Shown here: piece after piece, positions 21,457-31,234 of the stretch
How positions within the stretch are numbered: the first letter of the stretch is position 1
Layout: each line of letters starts with the position of its first letter
NCBI GenBank assembly: GCA_963841905.1
Contig: CAWJEM010000006.1
Location: 14,776-78,775 of the forward strand
Origin: an uncultured Acidobacteriota bacterium
Lineage (GTDB): Bacteria; Acidobacteriota; Vicinamibacteria; Vicinamibacterales; UBA2999
DNA: 64,000 bases
Reading direction: 5' to 3'
Position numbers and translations under genes: made by a program
Notes under the pieces: generated by a model
Seen by the model: the letters and a program-made list of their open reading frames with translations, nothing else
Database searches by the model: none
What the model was told of the DNA's origin: nothing

Positions 21457-23816
21457 ATGGTGACAATCTTCGCTGCCAAGCGGGTCGTCGCGCTGTCAGT
21501 CATCGTGAGCCTCACGATGGTCCTGGCCGCGTGCGCTGTGAGCCGCGCCTATTCGAGAGGGATGGCGGCCGCGCGGGCCGGCGATTGGGATGCCGCGGTC
21601 GAGTACCTACCGCCAGGCGCTGCAGGACGATCCGGACCGCGCGGAGTACAAGGTCGAGTACCGAGCGCGCGACCTTCGCGGCGGCCGCGATGCACGCGGA
21701 TCGCGCCAAGAAGGCGGAGGACGAAGGCCGTCTCGAGGAAGCGCTCCGCGAATACCGGCGTTCGTCGGACCTCGATCCCTCGAATCGAAACGTTGCTGCC
21801 AAGGCGGCCGAGCTCGAGCGGACCATTCGAGAACAGGTTGAGGCCGCGCGTCCACGACCGCAGATCGAGAAGCTGCGTGAAGAAGCCCGCAAGACTCCTG
21901 CCGAGCCGCTGCTCAATCCCACCTCGCCGCTTGGGCCCGTACGGTTCAACAACGCCAACGCCCGCGACGTCCTGAACTTCATCGGGGAGTCGACCGGTAT
22001 CAACGTCATCTTCGATCGCGATTTCACGGACCGACCGGTCACCATCAACGAAGATGGTGGCACGCTCGAGGGCGTGCTGCAGCGTCTGATGCTCACCAAT
22101 CAGATGTTCTACAAGGTGCTGAACGAGCGCACCATTCTGGTCATCAACGACACCGCGGCCAAGCGAGCGCAGTTCGAGGACCAGGTCGTCCGTACCTTCT
22201 TCCTGTCGCACGCCGACGCGCAGGAAATGAACCAGCTGCTCACGTCGATCATTCGCATCGCCGGCATGCCGGTCGCGCCAACGTTCTCGCCGAACAAGAC
22301 CGCCAACACCCTGACGGTGCGGGCGTCGGCCCCGGTGATGAACATCATCGAGCGGATGCTGGAGGCCAACGACAAGCCGCGCGCCGAGGTGATCATCGAC
22401 GTGCAGATCCTGGAGATCAGTCGTGAACGCGCGAAGCAGTACGGACTCAACTTGAGCGCTTATGCGATCAATATGTTCTTTTCGCCGGAAGTGGCGCCGA
22501 CCGACCAGACCCCGTCGTTCAACCTGAACACCATCAGCCAGGGCATCAGCGCGGCCGACTTTTACCTCGCCGTGCCGAGCGCGTTGATTCGCTTCCTCGA
22601 AAGCGACTCGCGCACCAAGGTGTTGGCCAAGCCGCAGCTACGCGGCAGCGAGGGGCAAAAGGTCTCGCTGAATCTCGGCGAGGAGGTGCCGATTCCGACG
22701 ACGACGTTCCAGCCGCTGGCGACGGGGGGCGCGGCCACCAGCCCGCTGACGTCATTCGGGTACCGCACGATCGGCATCATTGTCGAGATGACGCCGCGCG
22801 TGACCTACGAAGGCGACATCATGCTCGATCTCACGCTGGAGAACAGCGCGCGGGGCGGGGACGTGATTATCGCGGGCCAGGCGTTGCCGGCCTTCAACTC
22901 GCGGAAGGTGGCCACCCGGTTGCGGCTTCGTGACGGCGAATCCAACCTGCTGGCCGGACTGTTACGCGAAGACGAGCGGCGATCGCTGACAGGCTTTCCG
23001 GGTCTCCTGCGCATGCCGGTGATTCAACAGTTGTTCGGCAACAACGACACCACGGTTCGCCAGACGGATATCGTGATGCTGTTGACGCCGCGGATCGTTC
23101 GGTCTCACGAGTTGACCGCGACCGATCTGTCGCCGATCTACATCGGTCCGCAGAGCAACTTGTCGCTGGGTGGAGGCCCGCCGCCGCTGATCAATCCTCC
23201 TGCCGGCGAGCCTCCTCCCGCGGTGCCACCGCCTCCGCCGGGCGCCTCGCCGATGCCGGGATTGCCGTCGAAGCCGCCGGCGCAGCTGCCGCCGCCGACT
23301 CAGACCCAGCCTGCACCGGCTCCGCCGCCAGCCGCGCCGGAACCGGTCGCACCGGCTCCGCCTGCTCCTTTCGCGCCGGTGGCGCAGCCCCCGTCGGCGC
23401 CAAGCGTTGCGCGGGTCACGCTCGGCGCTGCCCCCGAGATGAGCGTCGGCGGCGGGCCCTACACCGTGCCCGTGTCGATCGTCGGCGCCTCGCGACTATC
23501 GACAATTTCGATTTCGATTTCGTACAACCCTGCAGTGCTGCGCGTTCGCAGCGTGCAGGAAGGCACGTTCATGCAGCAGGGTGGCATTACACCCGCGTTT
23601 ACGCAGCAGGTGGACGCCACGGCGGGGAGAATCGATATTGCCATTACGCGACCGGGTGATCTGACCGGGGCCGTCGGTTCAGGACTGTTGGCCGCGGTGC
23701 TGTTCGAACCCGTCGCCGCCGGACAGGCCGCCGTCACGATGACGGGCGTCGGCAGCGTCGTGGGCGGTGGTGGCGCCGCCTTGCAGTTTGCTCCGTCGGC
23801 GGTGATAGTGAAGTAA
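21457..23816 (+). CDS. GspD-type secretin with lipobox, TPR-like N-terminus, Pro-rich linker and C-terminal cohesin-like domain; two apparent 1-bp insertions (about 21607 and 21662)
   Basis: Three reading frames join into VLAAC...AAVEY|YRQALQDDPDRAEYKVEY|ERATF. Secretin motifs EVIIDVQILE, KVLAKPQL, LRDGESNLLAGL and LLTPRIV; the C-terminus ISYNPAVLRV..VQEG...GSGLLAAVLFE is cohesin-like. Confidence 0.88.
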
Positions 23817-23823
23817 AACGGAA

Positions 23824-24345
23824 GTGGTCATGTCGATTGGTCGCCTGCGGGACGTCATTGCTCGAACACGTTATGCACACGGCGCTGTCAGCGGCTACAC
23901 GTTTGTCGAGCTGCTCATTGTCATCACCATCGTCTTGATCCTCGCGTCAGCCGTGCAACCGCTGGCGAAGGTCGCCATCACTCGCCAGAAGGAATCGGAG
24001 CTGCGGCGCGTATTGCGGGAGGTGCGGACCGCAATCGACAAATACAAGGATGCCGCCGATGCGCAGATGATTCCGCCCACCGAACTGAAGGTTGGCGCCG
24101 AGGGGTATCCGCCGACGCTCGACACGTTGGTCGATGGAGTCAGCGTCGCCAACGATGCGACGGGACGGAAGCTGAAGTTTCTCCGCCGCGTTCCAATCGA
24201 TCCGATGACCGGATCCGACGAATGGGGCCTGCGCGCCTACCAGGACAAGCCCGACACGTCGAGCTGGGGTGGGCAGAACGTATTCGACGTCTACAGCAAG
24301 TCAGGCGGCACCGCGCTCGACGGCTCGAAGTATCGAGATTGGTAG
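23824..24345 (+). CDS. GspG-like (pseudo)pilin
   Basis: Prepilin motif G|YTFVELLIV; YPPTLDTLV, FLRRVPIDPMTG and GSKYRDW. Confidence 0.9.
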   Translation: MVMSIGRLRDVIARTRYAHGAVSGYTFVELLIVITIVLILASAVQPLAKVAITRQKESELRRVLREVRTAIDKYKDAADAQMIPPTELKVGAEGYPPTLDTLVDGVSVANDATGRKLKFLRRVPIDPMTGSDEWGLRAYQDKPDTSSWGGQNVFDVYSKSGGTALDGSKYRDW

Positions 24346-24348
24346 AAC

Positions 24349-24391
24349 AGGGCACAAGGCGCAGGGCGCAGGGCGCAGGGAGCAAAGGGCA
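24349..24391 (+). repeat. Unpaired 7-bp tandem array (AGGGCGC-like)
   Basis: agggcac aaggcgc agggcgc agggcgc agggagc aaagggc fills the spacer between the two pilin genes. Confidence 0.75.
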
Positions 24392-24793
24392 ATGCTGAGA
24401 ACATCATCAGCGCGAGGCTTCACGCTCATCGAAGTGATGATTGTCGTGACACTGGTCGTCATTCTCGCGAGCGTAGGTATGGCGACCTACACCAACAGCG
24501 TGCATCGGGCCCGCGAGGCAGTGCTCAAGGAAGATCTCTTCCGGATGCGTGACGCGATCGACCAGTTCTACGCCGACAGGAATCAGTATCCACAGGGGCT
24601 CGAGGATCTCGTTTCGGAGGGATACCTACGCGAGATCCCGAAGGATCCGATGACCGACTCTGCTGAGACCTGGAACGTGGAACAGTCCGAGAACGATGCC
24701 AACAATCCCGCGGCGGTCGCCGGCATCGTCAACGTGAGGAGCGGATCCGAGGCTGTGTCGCCACTCGATGGGTCGAAATACGCCGAGTGGTGA
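24392..24793 (+). CDS. GspG-like (pseudo)pilin
   Basis: Start at ATG 24392; G|FTLIEVMIV, AREAVLKEDL, YPQGLEDLVSEGYLREIPKDPMT and DGSKYAEW. Confidence 0.9.
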   Translation: MLRTSSARGFTLIEVMIVVTLVVILASVGMATYTNSVHRAREAVLKEDLFRMRDAIDQFYADRNQYPQGLEDLVSEGYLREIPKDPMTDSAETWNVEQSENDANNPAAVAGIVNVRSGSEAVSPLDGSKYAEW

Positions 24794-24805
24794 TCCGACG
24801 TCACC

Positions 24806-26042
24806 TCAGGCTCCAACGGTGACGGATTGTTCGGCGGTACTGCTCCCGCCGTTGGCATCGATTACCTCGGCTCGTATCTGATACGTTCCCGCCGCCGTGT
24901 ACGCTTTCTGGGTTGAAACGAATCCGGATAGCGGCGTGCCCAGCGATGCTTGCGTGCCGTCTCCAAACGTCACGATCAGCGAGCGAACAGGAATAGCTTG
25001 AGGATTGGAAATCGTGATCGTCACCGTCAAGACCGTGCCAACCCTTGGGGCTGGGGTGAGCGGAGAAACCGACATGCTTAGCGTCGGGACTGCCCGCGTG
25101 ACGTTGACGACCGTAGTAGAGGTGCCTTGAATCCCCGACGAGTCGGTCGACGTGACGCGGACAACGTACGCATCGGCCCGTTGGTAGCGGTGTACCGGTC
25201 GCGGCAGACCCGCCCGGCGGAATGACACCCAGTGATTCGGGCGGTGAGCCGTCGCCGAAATCGATGCTGGCCTGCGTAATCACGTTACCTCCCGCGGGGT
25301 TTGCAATTGTGAACGTCACGGGCGCACCAACGATGGGGTTTGCGCTAGTCGTGATGGTGACCGCAGGTGGATTGATGGCCCGCACCGTGACTGTTGCGGT
25401 GACTGCCGCGACCCGTGCGGTCACGACTGTTTCCCGCGTGGTCGTCAGGCTGGTCCGCGCCTCGCCGGTTGCGTCACTGAGAGTAGACGTGGTTGATAGT
25501 GAGCCGTTGTCGGCGGAGAAAACCACCGGAGCGCCAGGCAACGGGTTGCCGCTCACATCGGTGACGACGGCAATGATTTGAACCGTCCCGCCGGTACTGG
25601 GAACAGTGGCGGGTTGAGCACGAACAGACACCGCAGTGGCCGCCGCGCCGCCCACGAGCACCTCGACAGGTTCAGCGCGGGCAGAGCCTGAGAACGCGTT
25701 GATGACCGCTGTGGCCGATTGCGTGCCGGCTCGGAACGTCGCTCGCGCATTGCCGCCCTCCGTCCGCGCGTCTCTTGGTTCGACGACGCCGACCGAGGAC
25801 GTAAACGTGACGAGCGTTCCGTTGTGGACAGGTGTGCCAGCCGGCTCGATCACCGTTGCCGTCAGCTCCGCCGTCCCGTTGATTGGCAGCGTCGTCGTAT
25901 TAACTGAGAGCGTGACTGTGGATTCGACGGGGGCCAGCAACGGCACTTTGTCGCACGCGGAGGCGAGGACAATGGCTGCAGCCAAGGCGGCAAACGCGGA
26001 GGTACGTGACACTGATGAAGGCCGTAAGTATAGTATCTGCAT
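24806..26042 (-). CDS. Lipoprotein with tandem Ig-like (Big_1/invasin-type) and PKD-like domains; one apparent 1-bp insertion about 25196
   Basis: Lipobox LASAC; two Ig-like repeats (GTPVHNGTLVTF, GNPLPGAPVVF) and two PKD-like repeats (IDFGDG..HRY, VTFGDG..KAYTAAGTY). ORFs 24801-26042 and 24806-25228 join at SAAT|VHRY. Start may be GTG 26012. Confidence 0.8.
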
Positions 26043-26974
26043 GGGGTTAGGTCAAGGCAACCGTCCCTCGGGCGCCGCTGAAGCGGGCTACGCGATGGCG
26101 GCGCTGCTCGTAGGCCTCAGTGTGATGGCTGTGCTGATGAGCATGGCCCTGCCGGTCTGGACGACCTTTAACAAACGTGAACGCGAGGCGGAGCTGATTT
26201 GGCGCGGACAACAATACGCGCGCGCGATCGGGCTCTTTCAACGCAAGTACGCGAACACGTATCCGCCGAACGTTGACCTGCTGGTCGAGCAAAAGTTTCT
26301 CCGCAAGAAGTACAAAGACCCCATCACCAACGAAGACTTTCAAATGATTCCGGCCGGGGGAGGCCCGAATCAGCCTGGCGGTCCACAGAATTCCGGTGGT
26401 AAGCCTCCAAACAAGAACCCGCAACCGAACAAGAACCCCTCGACGCCCCCTGGCAAACCGAGTTCTGGGCCCGGCGGCAGCACATTCCAGGGCGGGTCTC
26501 CCGCGGGCCAGGGCGGATCTCCCGCGGGCCAGGGCGGATTTCCCGCGGGCCAGGGCGGATTTCCCGCGGGCCAGGGCGGATCTCCCGGCGGGCCAGGGCG
26601 GGTTTCCCGCGGGCCAGGGCGGATCTCCCGCGGGCGGCGGGAATCAACCGTTCATTGGAATACAAGGTGTTGTCTCAAAGAGCGGTGACAAGTCGATCAA
26701 GATCTACAACGGCCGCACGAAATACAACGAGTGGACCTTCATTCACGTCGCCAGCACGCAGCAGCCCGGGTTGCCCGGTGGCGGTCAACAGGGTCCAGGC
26801 CAACCGCCGAATCCCGGTGGACCGTTCAAGAACATGCCACCTGGCACGAAGCCGCCTGTCAACAATCCGCAGAGTCCGCCCTTTGGCCCGCCCGGATCGC
26901 CCTTTGGTCAGCAGCCACCACCTGGTTCCAAGCCTGTATTCGGGCCCGGAAACCCACCGAAGGGGCAGCAGTAA
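26041..26974 (+). CDS. Atypical pseudopilin with Gly/Pro/Gln-rich insert and tail; apparent 1-bp insertion about 26587
   Basis: G|YAMAALLV hydrophobic N-terminus, REREAELIWRG, YPPNVDLLVEQKFLRKKYKDPIT; continues in the next frame as IQGVVSKS...YNEWTF. Confidence 0.78.
26488..26635 (+). repeat. Seven copies of a 21-bp coding tandem repeat (CAGGGCGGRTYTCCCGCGGGC = QGG[S/F]PAG)
   Basis: Counted directly; copy 5 has one extra G that shifts the frame. Confidence 0.92.
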
Positions 26975-27008
26975 CCCCGCCAGTTTCTTAGACGCAGGTA
27001 GAAATGCG

Positions 27009-28751
27009 TTAGCCGGTCACCGACTGCCAACCGCGACGAGTCAGGTCGCGTGAAATAACGAGAAGCGAAGCGGCCGCGGCGGCGAAATATGCGAGCGCCG
27101 CGACAAGGCTGCCGAAGAGCAAGCTGCCAAGACCAAATAGCGTGGCGTAGACGAGGATCACGCCGGCAAGCCAATCGACAAGGAGTCCGCTGAGTGGCGC
27201 TGGTGGTGGACCTCCTGCCAGCGCGGCGATCCGGGACCAGCCGGGCCCGTCGGGTCGTACGCGCCGATAGAAGGCCACCAAGTGTGCCTCGGGCTCCGGA
27301 GCGGTCAGCAGCGTGACGATCAACCAGCAGATGGTTGTCCATGCGACGACGGCGAGCAGGGTGTACGGAAACACGAGCGGCGTCCACAGCTTCAATGCCG
27401 TGTACCCGGCGGCAGCCGCAACCATCGCCGCGATCTCGGACCAGGCATTCACTCGCCACCAATACCACCGCAGGATCAGGACCAGGCCGATGCCCGCTCC
27501 GGATTCGAGCACGAACTCCCACGCTTGGCGAATGCTCTCGAGATAGAACGTGACGATCGCACTCATCACCATGAGGACGAGCGTTGCGATACGCGAGATC
27601 CACACGTAGTGCCGCTCGTCGCCATCTCGCTTGACGAACCGTCGATAGAAGTCGTTGATGATGTATGAAGTCCCCCAATTGAGTTGCGACGAGATCGTCG
27701 ACATGTAGGCGGCGAAAAACGCGGCGAGCAGAAACCCGCGCCAGCCGGGCGGCAGATGATCCCGCAGGACCAGCACGTACCCCGATTCTTTGTCGGTAAT
27801 GTTCGGATACAGCACGAGCGAGATGAGACCGACCAGAATCCAGGGCCATGGTCGAACACAATAGTGGGCGACCGTGAACCAGAGCGTCGCGAACAGCGAA
27901 TGCCTTTCGTCCTTGGCCGACATCATCCGCTGGGCGACGTATCCGCCGCCGCCTGGTTCCTGCCCGGGGTACCAGCTCGCCCACCACTGCACGCCGACGA
28001 ACGTCAGGAAGGTTGCGACCGGCAGACCCACCATGGTGGCGGCGTCAGCCGGTCCAACACCACTGAATGATGGGACGAACTGCAGTGAGCCAGGCGGAAC
28101 TTTCTCCGCCAATCCTGCCAGACCACCGATCTCGGGCAGCTGCAGCGCAAACCACGCCAGGGCAATCGAGCCAGTCATTGCGAAGATGAACTGAAAGAAG
28201 TCAGTGACGACCACACCCCAGAGCCCGGAGATGGCGCTGTAAAGGCCGGTGATTGCCAGGCTGACGAAGACGGCCGTGAGCTCGTCCCACCCGAGCATGA
28301 TGGCCAGAATTTTCGCCATCGCCAGATTGACCCATCCCATGATCACGCAATTGATCGGCAGGCCCAGATAGAGCGCTCGAAATCCGCGGAGGATGGCCGC
28401 GGGCCGTCCGCTGTAACGCAGCTCGGCAAACTCGACGTCGGTGAGAATGCCCGCACGACGCCACAGTCGCGCGAAGAAGAACACGGTCAGCATGCTGCCG
28501 AATGCGGCGCTCCACCAGATCCAGTTTCCCGCGATGCCATCGCGTGCGACGAGTCCGGCGACCGCCAGTGGCGTATCGGCCGCAAACGTCGTCGCCACCA
28601 TCGACGTGCCTGCCAGCCACCAGGGCAGTTTGCGACCCGTCAGGAAGAAGTCGTGGACGCTTCGACCGCCGCGATCCGCATACCAAAGCCCGATAGTCGC
28701 CGACGCGACGAAGTAGGCAACGATGAACGCCCAGTCGAGCGTGGTCAGCAT
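27009..28751 (-). CDS. Sodium:solute symporter (SSS family)
   Basis: DFFLTGRKLPWW, SMVATTFAADTP, GLWGVVVTD, VAQRMMSAKDE, AAYMSTISSQLN and many TM segments. Confidence 0.93.
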   Translation of the reverse strand: MLTTLDWAFIVAYFVASATIGLWYADRGGRSVHDFFLTGRKLPWWLAGTSMVATTFAADTPLAVAGLVARDGIAGNWIWWSAAFGSMLTVFFFARLWRRAGILTDVEFAELRYSGRPAAILRGFRALYLGLPINCVIMGWVNLAMAKILAIMLGWDELTAVFVSLAITGLYSAISGLWGVVVTDFFQFIFAMTGSIALAWFALQLPEIGGLAGLAEKVPPGSLQFVPSFSGVGPADAATMVGLPVATFLTFVGVQWWASWYPGQEPGGGGYVAQRMMSAKDERHSLFATLWFTVAHYCVRPWPWILVGLISLVLYPNITDKESGYVLVLRDHLPPGWRGFLLAAFFAAYMSTISSQLNWGTSYIINDFYRRFVKRDGDERHYVWISRIATLVLMVMSAIVTFYLESIRQAWEFVLESGAGIGLVLILRWYWWRVNAWSEIAAMVAAAAGYTALKLWTPLVFPYTLLAVVAWTTICWLIVTLLTAPEPEAHLVAFYRRVRPDGPGWSRIAALAGGPPPAPLSGLLVDWLAGVILVYATLFGLGSLLFGSLVAALAYFAAAAASLLVISRDLTRRGWQSVTG

Positions 28752-28758
28752 CTGTGGC

Positions 28759-29787
28759 TCACAGCCCCAGGTCGATCATGACGGCATCGTGAAACGCGCG
28801 ACGGATGTCGCGAATCACCGCCCGATCGGCGGCGTCCTGAACGAAGTTCGTGAGCAGCACGGCGTAGAGATCGTGCGACGGGTCTATCCACAGCGACGTG
28901 CCAGTAAAGCCCGTGTGGCCGAATGCGCGATCGGAGAGTCGCCCTCCGCACGACGACGTGGGCCGCATGGTGTCCCAGCCGAGTGCCCGCGAGCTTTCCG
29001 GAACGGTCGAGCGTTGAACAAACGTCGACAGCTGGGGGAGATGCGTCAACCACCAGCGCGCGATCTCGCCCACAGCCGCTGCAGTTCCAAACAATCCCGC
29101 ATGTCCCGCGACCCCATTCAGCGCCGCGGCGTTCTGGTCATGCACTTCGCCCTGGAGCGTGCGATCCCGCCACGGATCATGCCCCGTTCCGGCGACTCGT
29201 CGCCGAAGGGCGGCACCGGGAACATACGTCAAATCTTGATGCAGACCGCCGTCACGTCGCCAGCCATCAAACTGGTCTGCGAGTGTCGCACCGCCAACGT
29301 CTTCGATGACGAACCCGAGCAGGATGAAGTCAAGGTCGCTGTACAGCTCGCGCGTTCGGGGCGCGTATTCCAACGGCTCACCAGCGATCGCTTCCTGGTA
29401 GGCGGCACGGCCGCTGATCGTCCGGAAGTACGGGCGATGAGCCGGAAGGCCCGAGCAGTGCTCGAGGCAGTCGCGAACGGTCACGCCGATGCGGTCCGAT
29501 CCCTTCCACTCGGCAATCACGGCCGTGAGAGGAGAGTCGAGCCCCAGGCGACCGGAAACGACATGACCAGTGGCAAGGGTTGTGGTGGCCAGGACTTTCG
29601 TGAGCGACGCGAGATCGAAGATCGTGGCGTCAGTGACTGGCGCAGACGATGGGTCATCGGTAAGGTGACCGTCGGCGAACGTCCAGCAGGGCGCGCTCGA
29701 GCTGCCTACTTCAGCGACGACGGCGGAGAACGCGCCTCTATCGCGGGCGGATCTCAACACCTGCGTGGCTCTCGGTCCGCCGATCAC
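28759..29787 (-). CDS. Beta-lactamase-fold serine hydrolase (AmiE/family VIII esterase-like)
   Basis: FDLASLTK (SxxK), HCSGLP, YSDLDF, GEVHD, GHAGLF and FGHTGFTG. Start GTG 29787 overlaps the upstream stop; no signal peptide. Confidence 0.88.
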   Translation of the reverse strand: MIGGPRATQVLRSARDRGAFSAVVAEVGSSSAPCWTFADGHLTDDPSSAPVTDATIFDLASLTKVLATTTLATGHVVSGRLGLDSPLTAVIAEWKGSDRIGVTVRDCLEHCSGLPAHRPYFRTISGRAAYQEAIAGEPLEYAPRTRELYSDLDFILLGFVIEDVGGATLADQFDGWRRDGGLHQDLTYVPGAALRRRVAGTGHDPWRDRTLQGEVHDQNAAALNGVAGHAGLFGTAAAVGEIARWWLTHLPQLSTFVQRSTVPESSRALGWDTMRPTSSCGGRLSDRAFGHTGFTGTSLWIDPSHDLYAVLLTNFVQDAADRAVIRDIRRAFHDAVMIDLGL

Positions 29788-31229
29788 GCCGGGACCTCTC
29801 GTTCGTTGGCGCCGGCGAACCCTGAAAACAGCCAGGCAACCACGCACGTGGTCACCGCGCCGATGAACACGTACCACGTGAACGCGACGCTGGTCCAGCC
29901 CCAAACCGCCGTCATCGTCGCAAGGCCGGCGATCATCCCGATCACGACCTCACGCTCTCGGATGCTCGGCATCAACGTCCCGAGCAGGAAGGCCCCGAGG
30001 ACGGCGCCCGAGGCGAAGGACAGCACCGCCAGACCAGCGTCAAGCACCGACCGATCCATCCACTGGGCGCCAAGGGCAATGAGCAACTGAACGAGCCCCC
30101 AACCAACGGTTGCCCGACGAGACACCCTCATCTGGGTGGCCTGATCCGCCGCCGGATTGACGTAGCGTAGATAGAAATCGTTCACGGTTGTCGAGGCCAT
30201 GGCGTTGAGCGACGGCGACAATGCCGCGGCCACAATTGCCGCGACGATGAAGCCCGCCAGGCCGTGGGTGAGCGAACTGACGACGAAGATCGGGAGAATC
30301 TCGTCCGTGCGAGTGAGGGGCCGGGGTAGCGGATGTTGCTGGTAGTAGACGAACAACATGACGCCAATCATCAGGAACACGACGAACTGCGCGAAGACGA
30401 TGAAGCCACTGAGAACCAGGCCGCGTGCGGCCTCGTGCGCGCTGCGTGCCGACAGCAGGCGTTGCACCAGAAATTGGTCGGTGCCGTGGGTCGCCAGCGT
30501 CAGCGCGACACCGCCAAGCAGCCCGGCCCACAGCGTATAGGGTCGACTGAAGTCGAGTGCGAGGTCGAACACAACGAACTTGCCGGCGGCCGACCCCGCG
30601 TTGAGCACTGTCGTCCAGCCGCCGGGAATGCGATTGAGCAACACCACGGCGACCGCGGCCGCTCCGGCGATATACACGAACATCTGGACAACGTCGGTCC
30701 AGATCACCGCCGATACCCCGCCACGCACGGTGTACACAATCATCGCGGTGCCCAGCACGAGCACCACCCATGGCACCGGCACGCCGGTAACCACGGCGAT
30801 GACCAGTGCGGTCGCAAACAATCGCACGCCGTCGGCGAGTGACCGCGTAATCAGGAAGATGCCGGCCGAAAGGGTCTTCACGCGGCTGCCGAAACGCCGT
30901 TGAAGCAACTCGTACGACGTGAACAAATCGCCGCGGAAGTAAGCCGGGATGAACAGGAGGCTGACGATCACTCGGCCGATGACATAGCCGATCGCCAACT
31001 GCAGAAAGGTCATGTTGCCGGCGTAGGTGGCTGCCGGGATGCCGATGAAGGTGAGGGTGCTCGTTTCGGTCGCGACAATAGTGAAGCACACGGCCCACCA
31101 GGGCACGCTGCGGTCGGTCAAGAAGTAATCACGCGTCGTCTTCTGGAAGCGGGCGAACCACGACCCGAACATGATGATGGCGGTCAGGTATCCCCCAATC
31201 ACCAGATAGTCGGGCCAGGACAACTGCAT
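29784..31229 (-). CDS. Sodium:solute symporter (SSS family)
   Basis: Start at ATG 31229; DYFLTDRSVPWW, IVATETSTLTFIG.P, GGVSAVIWTDVVQ and GTDQFLVQRLLSA. Confidence 0.93.
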   Translation of the reverse strand: MQLSWPDYLVIGGYLTAIIMFGSWFARFQKTTRDYFLTDRSVPWWAVCFTIVATETSTLTFIGIPAATYAGNMTFLQLAIGYVIGRVIVSLLFIPAYFRGDLFTSYELLQRRFGSRVKTLSAGIFLITRSLADGVRLFATALVIAVVTGVPVPWVVLVLGTAMIVYTVRGGVSAVIWTDVVQMFVYIAGAAAVAVVLLNRIPGGWTTVLNAGSAAGKFVVFDLALDFSRPYTLWAGLLGGVALTLATHGTDQFLVQRLLSARSAHEAARGLVLSGFIVFAQFVVFLMIGVMLFVYYQQHPLPRPLTRTDEILPIFVVSSLTHGLAGFIVAAIVAAALSPSLNAMASTTVNDFYLRYVNPAADQATQMRVSRRATVGWGLVQLLIALGAQWMDRSVLDAGLAVLSFASGAVLGAFLLGTLMPSIREREVVIGMIAGLATMTAVWGWTSVAFTWYVFIGAVTTCVVAWLFSGFAGANEREVPA

Positions 31230-31234
31230 CAGGG

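Noticed and set aside
8420-26974. comM plus the pilus-like cluster as one competence locus
   Set aside because: They are separated by unrelated genes, comM is on the opposite strand, and no comEC, comEA, dprA or pilT is present in the window.
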